The translations under genes were made by a program, and so were the position numbers. A DNA stretch of 64,000 nucleotides from a virus (lineage: Duplodnaviria; Caudoviricetes): IMG/VR virus record IMGVR_UViG_3300031555_010338. One strand, written 5' to 3'. This document shows, in pieces, positions 37,054-46,106 of this stretch (position 1 is the stretch's first letter; each line of letters starts with the position of its first letter). The notes under the pieces are model-generated. The model was not told where the DNA came from, ran no database searches, and worked only from the letters and a program-made list of their open reading frames with translations.

Positions 37054-37500
37054 ATGGGTTTTCGTGAAGGCGCATTCGCTACTGTTTGGGAAATTACCAA
37101 CCAGGGCGATAGTTTTGCAAAAATCAGAATGTCCACCAGCCGCAAGGACAAGAAGACAGACGAGTATGTGACTGACTTCAGCGGCTTCGTCAGCCTGATC
37201 GGTGAGGCTAATAAGAAGATTGGCCTGATTGAAAAGGGTCTGGAAAACGGTGATCGTTACCGTATCAAGATGGGTGCTTGCGATGTATCCAATCGCTACG
37301 ACAAGGAAGCAGGCCGTGAGTTCACCAATTTCACGCTGTTCGATTTTGAGCCGGCAGATGGCGCTTCTACTGACAGCGACAGTGGTAGCTCTAAGACTTC
37401 CAGCAAGAAGGCAAGCGGCGGAGCAAAGAAGCAAAAGGCAGCTCCTTCCCCTCTGGCAGATGACGGGGACGACGGAGAAGACGGCGATCTGCCCTTCTAA
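37054..37500 (+). CDS. ssb: Single-stranded DNA-binding protein
   Basis: OB-like core; acidic tail ending DGDLPF; follows ERF. Confidence 0.7.
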   Translation: MGFREGAFATVWEITNQGDSFAKIRMSTSRKDKKTDEYVTDFSGFVSLIGEANKKIGLIEKGLENGDRYRIKMGACDVSNRYDKEAGREFTNFTLFDFEPADGASTDSDSGSSKTSSKKASGGAKKQKAAPSPLADDGDDGEDGDLPF

Positions 37501-37552
37501 GCAGTTTTAACGGCGGTGATACTCTATTCGTTATGATTTAGTCATCGGTGAC

Positions 37553-38308
37553 ATGACTTGGAGCTATTCACGCTTAACTTCTTTTTCGGATTGTCCATAC
37601 AAGTGGTTTCTGACCTATCTGTATCGTGACGAATATGGAAAGCCGTTAAAAAAGCAAAGTGGATTTTTTGCGGAGTTTGGTAGCTACATACACCTGATAA
37701 TGCAGATGTATCTTTCGGGTGAGTTGGCAAGAAAAGACCTTTCTACTTACTATGTAGCCCACTTCGCAGAAAATGTCCGTGCCAAAGCTCCAAATCGAAA
37801 AATTCACCACAATTATTTCGAGCAGGGTTTTTATTATCTGGACAATATCAGTTTTCCAAAACGCAAAATCATCAGTGTAGAAGAAAAAATGGAATTTATC
37901 TTCGCTGATCGACCTTGGACTGGATTTATTGATGTGGTTAGCGATGACGGCCAGCTTATCATCACTGACCACAAATCCAGAACCTTAAAGCCACGCTCTA
38001 AGAGATCCAAACCAACAAAGTCAGACGCGGAATTGGATGACTACCTACGGCAGCTCTATGTATATTCCGCAGCAGTAAAAGACAAGTATGGTCGCTTTCC
38101 TGACATATTGGAATTCAACTGTTTCCGCTCACAAATCATGATCCAAGAGCCGTTTCAAATCAAGCGGTTCCACGAAGTTGAAAAGTGGGCAGGAAGTGAA
38201 ATCGATTCAATCACACGCAACGACAGTTGGCAACCACAACCGGAATACTGGCGGTGCAACTATCTATGCGATGTGTGTAAGGAGTGCGAGTTTAGCAAAA
38301 TGTTCTGA
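37553..38308 (+). CDS. PD-(D/E)XK nuclease (AddB/Cas4-like)
   Basis: WSYSRL...CP, GFID, DHKS, QLYVY, C-terminal Cys cluster. Confidence 0.85.
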   Translation: MTWSYSRLTSFSDCPYKWFLTYLYRDEYGKPLKKQSGFFAEFGSYIHLIMQMYLSGELARKDLSTYYVAHFAENVRAKAPNRKIHHNYFEQGFYYLDNISFPKRKIISVEEKMEFIFADRPWTGFIDVVSDDGQLIITDHKSRTLKPRSKRSKPTKSDAELDDYLRQLYVYSAAVKDKYGRFPDILEFNCFRSQIMIQEPFQIKRFHEVEKWAGSEIDSITRNDSWQPQPEYWRCNYLCDVCKECEFSKMF

Positions 38309-38313
38309 AAGGG

Positions 38314-40290
38314 GTGACTTTACTGCAAATTGATCGTGACGTTATTCTTGAGGCGAAAGAAAAGCTTGGCGACGAAAACGCGCTTATCATTGCCCAGGAA
38401 TTAGATATCCATGACTTTGACGAACAGAACCTTCGATGTTGTTGCCCCTTCCACCAAGAAGATCACGCATCATTCATCTACAACAAAAAGACGTTCTCCT
38501 TCCATTGCTTTGGAGCGTGTGCAAGGAACTACGATATTTTGGATGTGTTCATTTACAAAGGCATGACTTATCTTCAGGCTTGCCAAAAGCTATTTGAATT
38601 AGCTGGTATCAAATATAGCTTCGGTGAGCTTGGAGTAAAAACCAAGCATCAGTATAAATACCCCAAGGAAGTACCATTAGGCGATAAATCGAAAGTCTAC
38701 TCCTACTTCAAGAAGCGCTGCATCAGCGAAAAGACGCTGGACTATGCAGATGTACGGCAGGATGAAGAAGGAAATATCGTCTGGAACTATTACGACACCA
38801 ACGATGTGCTGACAATGGTAAAGTACAGACCTTCGCGCAAGGTTCGCAAGGGCGAAAATAAATGTTGGTGTCAGAAAAATGCAGATACAAGCAATTTGCT
38901 GTTCAATATGAACCGCATCAATGTAAACTCTCCTCTGTTGATCTGCGAGGGCGAACCCGATTGTCTGTCTGCTATTGAGGCTGGCTACACAAACACCGTC
39001 TCTGTACCTCTTGGAAGTAGCAACTTCCATTGGATCGAAGAGAATTGGGATTGGCTGGAGCAGTTCGATTCCATCATCATCTGCTCCGACAACGATGAGG
39101 CCGGTATTAAGATGCAGAAAGAAGTTGTTTATCGCCTTGGCAGTTGGAGAACAAAGGTCGTTGAAATCCCATCTATTGTGGAAATGCCAGACGGCAAGAA
39201 GCTTCCCGTCAACGACTTAAACGAAGCTCTTTACTATTTTGGTAAGGAGAAAGTGCTTGAATTCATCCTTAACGCAAAGGATAGCCCCGTACCAGGCGTT
39301 GTGGATTTTTCAGATATCCAAGATGTTGACTTAGACCAGATCGACGGTGTAACCACGGGTATTAAACCTCTGGACAGATACCTCATGAAGCTGTTTCAGG
39401 GTACGCTCAACATCATCACTGGTATTAACGGCGCAGGTAAAAGCTCTTTCATTAACCAGCTCATTTGCCAGTCTCTTGAGCAAGACAAGAATGTTTTTCT
39501 GTTTTCCGGTGAGCTGCCGAACTTCCAGACAAAGAACTGGTTGAATTCGGTACTTGCAGGCCAGCGCCATATTGAAGAGCGACATTTTGAAGATTCCGTA
39601 TATTACAAGGTTCGTCCTGATGCAAAGCGAGAAATCGAAGAGCATTATCGCGGCAGACTGTACATCTACGAAGACGGAAGATCCAACCGTATGACAGATC
39701 TGCTGAAAACGATGGAAGACTCTGTTCGCAAGTACGGAACGAAACTGCTCATTCTGGATAACCTGACCGCAATCAATCTGGAATGCAGCGACGACAATAA
39801 GTACAACAAGCAGAGTGAGCTTATCATGCAGCTTATCTCTTTTGCGGTCAAATTCAATGTCATTGTTATTTTGGTAGTTCATCCCCACAAGATCGACACA
39901 ATGCGCCGTCTGAACAAGATGGATGTGCAGGGTATCTCCGCAATCATTGACCTTGCACACCGTATCATCAGTCTCTACCGCGTATCTGAAAAGGATAAGC
40001 AAGGTGAACCGAAGCTTAATGGCAACGGATGGAGAGTAAAACCGATTAAGGACGATGTTCTGATCGATATCCTCAAAGACCGTATGCTTGGCTTTGAAGG
40101 TAGAAGTGTTGGCGTGTTTTACGATCAGCCGTCTCGCCGTTTCTTCACAAACGAAGTAGATCTTGATCGTCGTTACTCTTGGGATAAGCACAAGCACACT
40201 GGCGGACTACCATTCCCTCCGGAACAACTCAATGACGAAGAGGATGAGGTATTTGGCTCTATCCAGGATGGAGGTGGTTACGGTGGATGA
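38314..40290 (+). CDS. Primase-helicase (CHC2 Zn finger + TOPRIM + DnaB-like helicase)
   Basis: CPFH...HCFGAC, CEGEPD, DNDEAG, GINGAGKS, LDNL. Confidence 0.9.
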   Translation: MTLLQIDRDVILEAKEKLGDENALIIAQELDIHDFDEQNLRCCCPFHQEDHASFIYNKKTFSFHCFGACARNYDILDVFIYKGMTYLQACQKLFELAGIKYSFGELGVKTKHQYKYPKEVPLGDKSKVYSYFKKRCISEKTLDYADVRQDEEGNIVWNYYDTNDVLTMVKYRPSRKVRKGENKCWCQKNADTSNLLFNMNRINVNSPLLICEGEPDCLSAIEAGYTNTVSVPLGSSNFHWIEENWDWLEQFDSIIICSDNDEAGIKMQKEVVYRLGSWRTKVVEIPSIVEMPDGKKLPVNDLNEALYYFGKEKVLEFILNAKDSPVPGVVDFSDIQDVDLDQIDGVTTGIKPLDRYLMKLFQGTLNIITGINGAGKSSFINQLICQSLEQDKNVFLFSGELPNFQTKNWLNSVLAGQRHIEERHFEDSVYYKVRPDAKREIEEHYRGRLYIYEDGRSNRMTDLLKTMEDSVRKYGTKLLILDNLTAINLECSDDNKYNKQSELIMQLISFAVKFNVIVILVVHPHKIDTMRRLNKMDVQGISAIIDLAHRIISLYRVSEKDKQGEPKLNGNGWRVKPIKDDVLIDILKDRMLGFEGRSVGVFYDQPSRRFFTNEVDLDRRYSWDKHKHTGGLPFPPEQLNDEEDEVFGSIQDGGGYGG

Positions 40291-43200
40291 AAACTATGTT
40301 GTATATCATCTCCACTCTGATTTGTCCTTGCTGGACAGCGCAACAAAGTTTGAAGACTATGTAAATCGTGCTGTTGAGCTTGGGCAGAAAGCCATTGCAT
40401 TTACCGAGCATGGCAACATTTATCAGTGGGTGGCTAAAAAGATGTGCTGCGACAAAGCAGGCATCAAGTATTTGCACGGTGTCGAGTGTTATCTGACAGA
40501 GAAATTCATCTGGACAGATCCTCGCACCGGCGAAGAAAGCAGACTGAGAGACAATTATCATACGATCTTGATTGCAAAAAACCAGGCTGGTTTGCAAGAG
40601 CTGAATGATTTGGTCAGCGCCTCAACACGAGACGACCATTTCTATTATAAGCCTCGCATCTCGTTCAATGAGTTCTTGGGTATCTCCAAGAATGTAATCA
40701 AGATTAGCGCTTGTCTTGCCTCCCCTCTAAACAAAATGAAGGTAAACCATCCGTTGTACGAGCGCTTGTTAAAGCACTACGACTACTTAGAAATTCAACC
40801 GCACAATCACCCAGAGCAGATTTCTTATAACTGTCATCTGGCAGAAATGTCTAAGAAGTACGGTATTCCTTTGATTGCCGGCACTGATACGCATAGCTTG
40901 AACAGTTATAAGGCAGAGTGCAGAAGTGTAATGCAGCTTGCAAAGCACATCGAGTTTGCAGACGAGGATAGTTTCGACCTTAGCTACAAGTCCTATGAAG
41001 AACTGGTCGAAATGTTCAGACTGCAAAATGCGCTTCCAGAAAGCATCTTTCTTGATGCTATCGAAAACACAAATCGTATGGCCGATTCCGTAGAGGCGTT
41101 TGAGCTGGATGTCAGCTTTAAGTACCCGAAGCTTTACGGAGCGAGAGATAAGGAAGTTTTTGAACAGACGATCAAAGATAACCTTCTTGCAAAAATCAAA
41201 GAAGGAGCTATCACCCAAGACCAGATCAGCAATTTTGCCTCTGCAATCCAAGAAGAGTGCCGCGTATTCGACAAAATCGAGATGTCTGGTTTTATGCTTT
41301 TCATGTCAGAGCTGGTAACTTGGTGCAAGTCCAACGGCATTCCTATTGGTTTCAACCGTGGTTCTTGTGGTGGTTCCCGTGTGGCCTACGTCACTAACAC
41401 AACAGACCTTAATCCTGAGACTTGGCATACCGTGTTTAGCCGTTTCTGTAACGAAGACCGTAAAGAGATTGGCGATATTGATATCGATGTGTCGCCGTCT
41501 GATCGAGATAAGGTTTACGAATATATCATTAACCGCTTTGGTCAGGAAAACACTGCTTTTATCCTTGCCATTGGCACAATCAAATCCAAAGGCTGCATTG
41601 ATGAGATATGCCGTGCGCTTGGCGTTCGCTGGAACAAAGAGCATCAACACGATCTGGGAGACTTGAAGAGCCTTCTGAAAGCTCTGAAAGATATGGATGT
41701 TGAGGTAACATTTGGTGATTCACGAGATGGATTCGGCACTTACTATTGGGACAGAAAAACAAATAAGCTTATCTTCCCAGAGAAAATGGGCGGTACTCCA
41801 CGAGCAGAGCTTATCAAGGCGTATTCGAGAGAGTATGAGCGGCTGAAGGCTGAAAACGAAAAGATCTTTGAGAAAAACCCTTGGGTTGGCAAGATCAACA
41901 ACACGATCAAGCAGGACTTTGAAGCAAATCCTGAGGAAGCCCGTAAGAAATACCCAGATGTGTTTTATTACTATGACGGGCTGCTTGATGTGGCGATCTC
42001 TCAGTCTATGCACCCAGCAGGTATCGTCGCAAGTCCGCTCACTCTCCGCGATAACTACGGAACCTTTATGTCGGAAGGCAAGGAGATTTTGCAGATCGAC
42101 ATGGAGTGCGTACATGAAGCTGGATTGGTTAAGTATGACATTCTTGGCCTGAAAAACATCGAAATCATCAAGGATACATACGCGCTGATCGGAAAGCCAT
42201 ATCCTAAGTCTCATGAAATCGACTGGAACGACGACGCGGTATGGAAAGACATGCTCCGTTCACCTATCGGAATTTTCCAGTTTGAATCTGCTTTCGCGTT
42301 CGACAGTCTGAAGAAGTTCAAAACACATAGCATTTACGATATGTCTCTGGTTACTGCGTGTATCCGTCCTTCCGGTGCTTCTTACCGAGATGAGTTGCTG
42401 CAGAGAAAACCACACAAGAACCCTTCGCCAATCATCGACGAGCTTTTGAAAGACAACCTTGGCTATCTGATTTATCAGGAGGATACGATCAAGTTTCTGC
42501 AAGAAATTTGCGGCCTAAGCGGAAGCGAAGCTGATAATGTCCGCCGAGCAATCGGACGAAAGCAGAAAGATCGCCTGGATAAAGCTCTTCCATCCATTCT
42601 GGAAGGATATTGTTCCAAGTCTTCTCAACCAAGAGATGTTGCAGAGCAGGAAGCAAAAGAGTTCATCCAGATCATTGAAGACAGTGCGAGTTATCAGTTT
42701 GGCTATAACCATTCCATTGGTTACTGCATGATTGGTTATCTCTGTGCTTATCTTCGCTACTATCACCCATACGAGTTCATCACGGCGTATCTGAACAACG
42801 CAAATAACGAAGAAGATATTAAGAACGGCAGCGCTCTTGCTGAGTTGTATGGTATCCAAATCGTGCCGCCACGCTACGGACTTTCTAAGGACAAATATAT
42901 ATTTGATGCCGAAAAGGGCGTTATCGCTAAGGGTATCGAGTCTATTAAGTACATGAATAGTGCCGTTGCAAATGAACTGTATGAAATCTCAAAGAAACAT
43001 CAACCGCAAACATTTATGGAGCTTCTAAAGCTCATGACGGAAGAAAGCTCTCTTGATACCAGACAACGTGAAATTCTGATTAAGATTGACTTCTTCCAGG
43101 ACTTCGGCAATATACCGGAGCTTACACGAATCGTTACCTTTTACTCGTTCTTCAAAAATGGCACTGCAAAGAAAATCCCAAAAGCAAAATTGGAAGGCCA

Positions 43201-43651
43201 GATTTATGATTTGGTCGCGCAGTACGCCACCGATAGGAACAAAGACGGCTCAGAGGCAAAGTCTTTTAGCATTACGGATATGGACGGCCTGCTTGCTGCT
43301 TGCGAAGGAGCGATCAAATCCCTTAATCTGCCCGATATCGATCTGAAGTGCAAAATCCAATCTCAGCTTGAACTCATGGGCTATATCGACCTTACCACAA
43401 AGCGTCCTGAGGACAGAAGAAAGCTTCTCGTCAGCGATGTTTATCCAATGGTTAGTCGTGAAAAGGGAACTGTTTGGGGCTATGCCCTACAAACCAGATC
43501 AATCGGTAGCGGTAAAACTGCTCGTCTTACCGTCCGTGCTTATACATTCACCAAAAATCCAATCAAGCGATTCGATATCATACAGGCAAAAGAGTTAGAG
43601 AAAAACAAGAGTGGATATTGGTATTTGCTCGATTACGAACTAATTGCCTAA
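40283..43651 (+). CDS. dnaE: DNA polymerase III alpha subunit
   Basis: PHP HLHS, TEHG, GTDTH; RGSCGGS, FSRF, DIDID, HPAG, KYDILGL, YQE; GGAGG RBS before GTG 40283. Confidence 0.95.
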   Translation: MDENYVVYHLHSDLSLLDSATKFEDYVNRAVELGQKAIAFTEHGNIYQWVAKKMCCDKAGIKYLHGVECYLTEKFIWTDPRTGEESRLRDNYHTILIAKNQAGLQELNDLVSASTRDDHFYYKPRISFNEFLGISKNVIKISACLASPLNKMKVNHPLYERLLKHYDYLEIQPHNHPEQISYNCHLAEMSKKYGIPLIAGTDTHSLNSYKAECRSVMQLAKHIEFADEDSFDLSYKSYEELVEMFRLQNALPESIFLDAIENTNRMADSVEAFELDVSFKYPKLYGARDKEVFEQTIKDNLLAKIKEGAITQDQISNFASAIQEECRVFDKIEMSGFMLFMSELVTWCKSNGIPIGFNRGSCGGSRVAYVTNTTDLNPETWHTVFSRFCNEDRKEIGDIDIDVSPSDRDKVYEYIINRFGQENTAFILAIGTIKSKGCIDEICRALGVRWNKEHQHDLGDLKSLLKALKDMDVEVTFGDSRDGFGTYYWDRKTNKLIFPEKMGGTPRAELIKAYSREYERLKAENEKIFEKNPWVGKINNTIKQDFEANPEEARKKYPDVFYYYDGLLDVAISQSMHPAGIVASPLTLRDNYGTFMSEGKEILQIDMECVHEAGLVKYDILGLKNIEIIKDTYALIGKPYPKSHEIDWNDDAVWKDMLRSPIGIFQFESAFAFDSLKKFKTHSIYDMSLVTACIRPSGASYRDELLQRKPHKNPSPIIDELLKDNLGYLIYQEDTIKFLQEICGLSGSEADNVRRAIGRKQKDRLDKALPSILEGYCSKSSQPRDVAEQEAKEFIQIIEDSASYQFGYNHSIGYCMIGYLCAYLRYYHPYEFITAYLNNANNEEDIKNGSALAELYGIQIVPPRYGLSKDKYIFDAEKGVIAKGIESIKYMNSAVANELYEISKKHQPQTFMELLKLMTEESSLDTRQREILIKIDFFQDFGNIPELTRIVTFYSFFKNGTAKKIPKAKLEGQIYDLVAQYATDRNKDGSEAKSFSITDMDGLLAACEGAIKSLNLPDIDLKCKIQSQLELMGYIDLTTKRPEDRRKLLVSDVYPMVSREKGTVWGYALQTRSIGSGKTARLTVRAYTFTKNPIKRFDIIQAKELEKNKSGYWYLLDYELIA

Positions 43652-43673
43652 AACAAGAAAGGACGTAACGAAC

Positions 43674-44306
43674 ATGAGTCGTAAACGCAATTCTGCCGGC
43701 AAGATTGTCACTGTCATATGTGGCGCATGTCTGGCAACACTTCTGATGGGTTCCATGTGCTACCCCGCCGCGAGATCGTGTGATATGGACACCCCCCCCG
43801 AAAATACAGCTACTACTTCTTATTTGGTACATACTTCTGAGCCGGTCATGTTGGTACTGCCAGAGGTTGTGGAACCAATCGAAACAACTAAGGTTGAACC
43901 AGTTGTTCCAGAGGAAGATCCTCCCGCAATTCCCTATACAGAAGAAGACCTTGATTTGTTTGCAAGACTTCTTACCGCTGAGATGGGTGGCTCTTGGATT
44001 CCCGATGAGATTCAGCTTTATGTTGGTAGTGTTGTCATTAACCGTATGGGACATGAACTGTATCCCGATACGCTGTACGATGTTATTTATCAACCTGGTC
44101 AGTATTCTCCTACTTGGAGCGGCGCAATCAACAACACGCCAGATGAACGTACCATTGAAAATGCACGGCAGCTTCTTGAGGAAGGGAGTATCCTCCCCGC
44201 AAATGTGGTATTCCAGGCTAACTTTAAGCAGGGCGACGGCGTTTACTATGAATACTACGACGAAATTCTTGGAACAACAACTTATTTTTGCTATCTATCG
44301 AATTAA
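43674..44306 (+). CDS. SleB/CwlJ-like cell wall hydrolase
   Basis: N-terminal TM; LFARLLTAE, VGSVVINR, YPDTLYDVIYQPGQY. Confidence 0.85.
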   Translation: MSRKRNSAGKIVTVICGACLATLLMGSMCYPAARSCDMDTPPENTATTSYLVHTSEPVMLVLPEVVEPIETTKVEPVVPEEDPPAIPYTEEDLDLFARLLTAEMGGSWIPDEIQLYVGSVVINRMGHELYPDTLYDVIYQPGQYSPTWSGAINNTPDERTIENARQLLEEGSILPANVVFQANFKQGDGVYYEYYDEILGTTTYFCYLSN

Positions 44307-44330
44307 CTAAACAATTTCGGAGGTTATGCA

Positions 44331-44990
44331 ATGAGAATTATCAAACCGAGTTTTGAAATTATCACACCTATCGATCCTGAGCAGATTCTGAAAACAGTGG
44401 AGGCAGTTGGCCGCACCTGTTACAAGAGCGAGGACAAGATCACTGATGAGTCTTGTCGCACCTTTGTTGCTGGCCTTATCAAGCGTGGTCACGAGGCAGT
44501 GATTGAACATTACAACATCACCGTCCGACTCACTGTTGATCGCGGTGTTACTCATGAGGTGGTTCGTCACCGTATCGCAAGCTACGCTCAGGAAAGCACT
44601 CGTTACTGCAACTATTCTCAGGATAAGTTTGGTAACGAAGTAACCTATATCGATCTGAAGGGTGGCATGGAGCTTGATCCTAAGGTTTCTAAGCTGGACG
44701 CTGAAACCGCCGCAGCTATTTACGCAGAGTGGATTGCGGCCTGTGAAGATGCTGAGCGCCACTATAACAGAATGATTGAGTTGGGCGCTTCTCCCCAAAT
44801 TGCCCGTTCTGTTTTGAACAACTCTACCAAGACCGAGATCTGCATCACCATGAATATGCGTGAGTGGAGACATTTCTTCAAGCTGCGTACTCCCATTGCG
44901 GCTCATCCCCAGATGCGTGAAGGCGCAACGCCCCTGCTGATGGAGTTCAAAGAGAAGATTCCCGTTTTCTTTGATGATATCGAGTGCTAA
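44331..44990 (+). CDS. thyX: FAD-dependent thymidylate synthase
   Basis: GHEAVIEH, RHRIASYAQESTRY, NMREWRHF, AHPQMR. Confidence 0.95.
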   Translation: MRIIKPSFEIITPIDPEQILKTVEAVGRTCYKSEDKITDESCRTFVAGLIKRGHEAVIEHYNITVRLTVDRGVTHEVVRHRIASYAQESTRYCNYSQDKFGNEVTYIDLKGGMELDPKVSKLDAETAAAIYAEWIAACEDAERHYNRMIELGASPQIARSVLNNSTKTEICITMNMREWRHFFKLRTPIAAHPQMREGATPLLMEFKEKIPVFFDDIEC

Positions 44991-45003
44991 ACGGAGGCGG
45001 AAT

Positions 45004-45549
45004 ATGAAGGTAATTTGTATTTCCGGTAAGGCTCAGCATGGTAAGGATACTACTGCTGGCATTTTGAAAGAGGTGCTTGAGTCCGATGGCAACTCTGTAC
45101 TGGTCGCCCACTATGGAGATTTGGTTAAGTATGTCTGTCGTACATTCTTTGCTTGGAATGGCGAAAAGGACGAATATGGCAGAAGCCTCTTGCAGCGCGT
45201 CGGTACTGACATTGTAAGAAACCAGCGCCCAGATTATTGGGTCAACTTTATTACTGATATGTTGGAGTTGTTCCCCGATGAATGGGACTACGTTCTCATT
45301 CCAGATAGTCGCTTTCCCAACGAAATTGACCATCTGAAGAATGCCGGCTTTGATGTCGTTCATGTCAGAGTTCGCAGAGATAATTTCATCAGTCCTCTTA
45401 CACCAGAACAGCAGCAGCATCCGTCTGAGACTGCGCTGGATATGGTTGAGCCAGACAACTTCATTCTGAACGACGGTACTTTGAAGGATTTGAAAAAGGA
45501 AATCGAAGGAATGATCGATGGCTGGAGAAACGCGGGGATGGTCGCATGA
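45004..45549 (+). CDS. Deoxynucleoside monophosphate kinase-like protein
   Basis: ISGKAQHGKDT, LQRVGT, DSRFPNE, HPSE. Confidence 0.8.
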   Translation: MKVICISGKAQHGKDTTAGILKEVLESDGNSVLVAHYGDLVKYVCRTFFAWNGEKDEYGRSLLQRVGTDIVRNQRPDYWVNFITDMLELFPDEWDYVLIPDSRFPNEIDHLKNAGFDVVHVRVRRDNFISPLTPEQQQHPSETALDMVEPDNFILNDGTLKDLKKEIEGMIDGWRNAGMVA

Positions 45550-46106
45550 AAAAATTGACCATTCTCATTGACATGGATGATGTGTTGGAGGAACTGACAG
45601 CAGCGTGGGTTGCCGAGCTTAACCGTGTATATGGCACTTCTGTTCGTCCAGAAGATATTGTCTCATGGGAAATCGCAGACTTCTTTCCCACTCTGACTAC
45701 GGAGCAGGTTTTCAGCCCATTACACTGTCCTGAGTTTTGGTCAACACTCGTTCCAACACAAGACGCACCAGACATTGTAAAGCGGCTGTTAGATGACGGA
45801 CACACTATCCGAATTGTAACCGCTTCACATTACAACACCGTAGCCCCAAAAATCGCTTGGTTGCTTAATGCGTATCCATATTTGAAATGGGAAGATGTTA
45901 TTATTGCCAGCGACAAGTCTGTTGTTCACGGAGATGTGATGATTGATGACGGCGTACACAATTTGGAAACCACCTCCTGTATCAAGCTGCTGTTTGATCG
46001 TTACCACAACCGCGCATACAACGCAGAAGCTAACGACATGATCCGCGTAAAAGCATGGAACGAGATTTATCGTATCATTTTCAATTTGGCAGGAGGAACC
46101 GAATGA
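45546..46106 (+). CDS. 5'(3')-deoxyribonucleotidase (HAD, NT5C)
   Basis: IDMDDVL, IVTA, MIDD. Confidence 0.85.
   Translation: MKKLTILIDMDDVLEELTAAWVAELNRVYGTSVRPEDIVSWEIADFFPTLTTEQVFSPLHCPEFWSTLVPTQDAPDIVKRLLDDGHTIRIVTASHYNTVAPKIAWLLNAYPYLKWEDVIIASDKSVVHGDVMIDDGVHNLETTSCIKLLFDRYHNRAYNAEANDMIRVKAWNEIYRIIFNLAGGTE

Noticed and set aside
37553-38308. CRISPR Cas4
   Set aside because: It lies in the ERF-SSB-primase module with no cas genes, so it is a phage recombination nuclease.
41620-41900. Intein in DnaE
   Set aside because: There is an apparent insertion, but no Cys/Ser start, His-Asn end or LAGLIDADG motifs.
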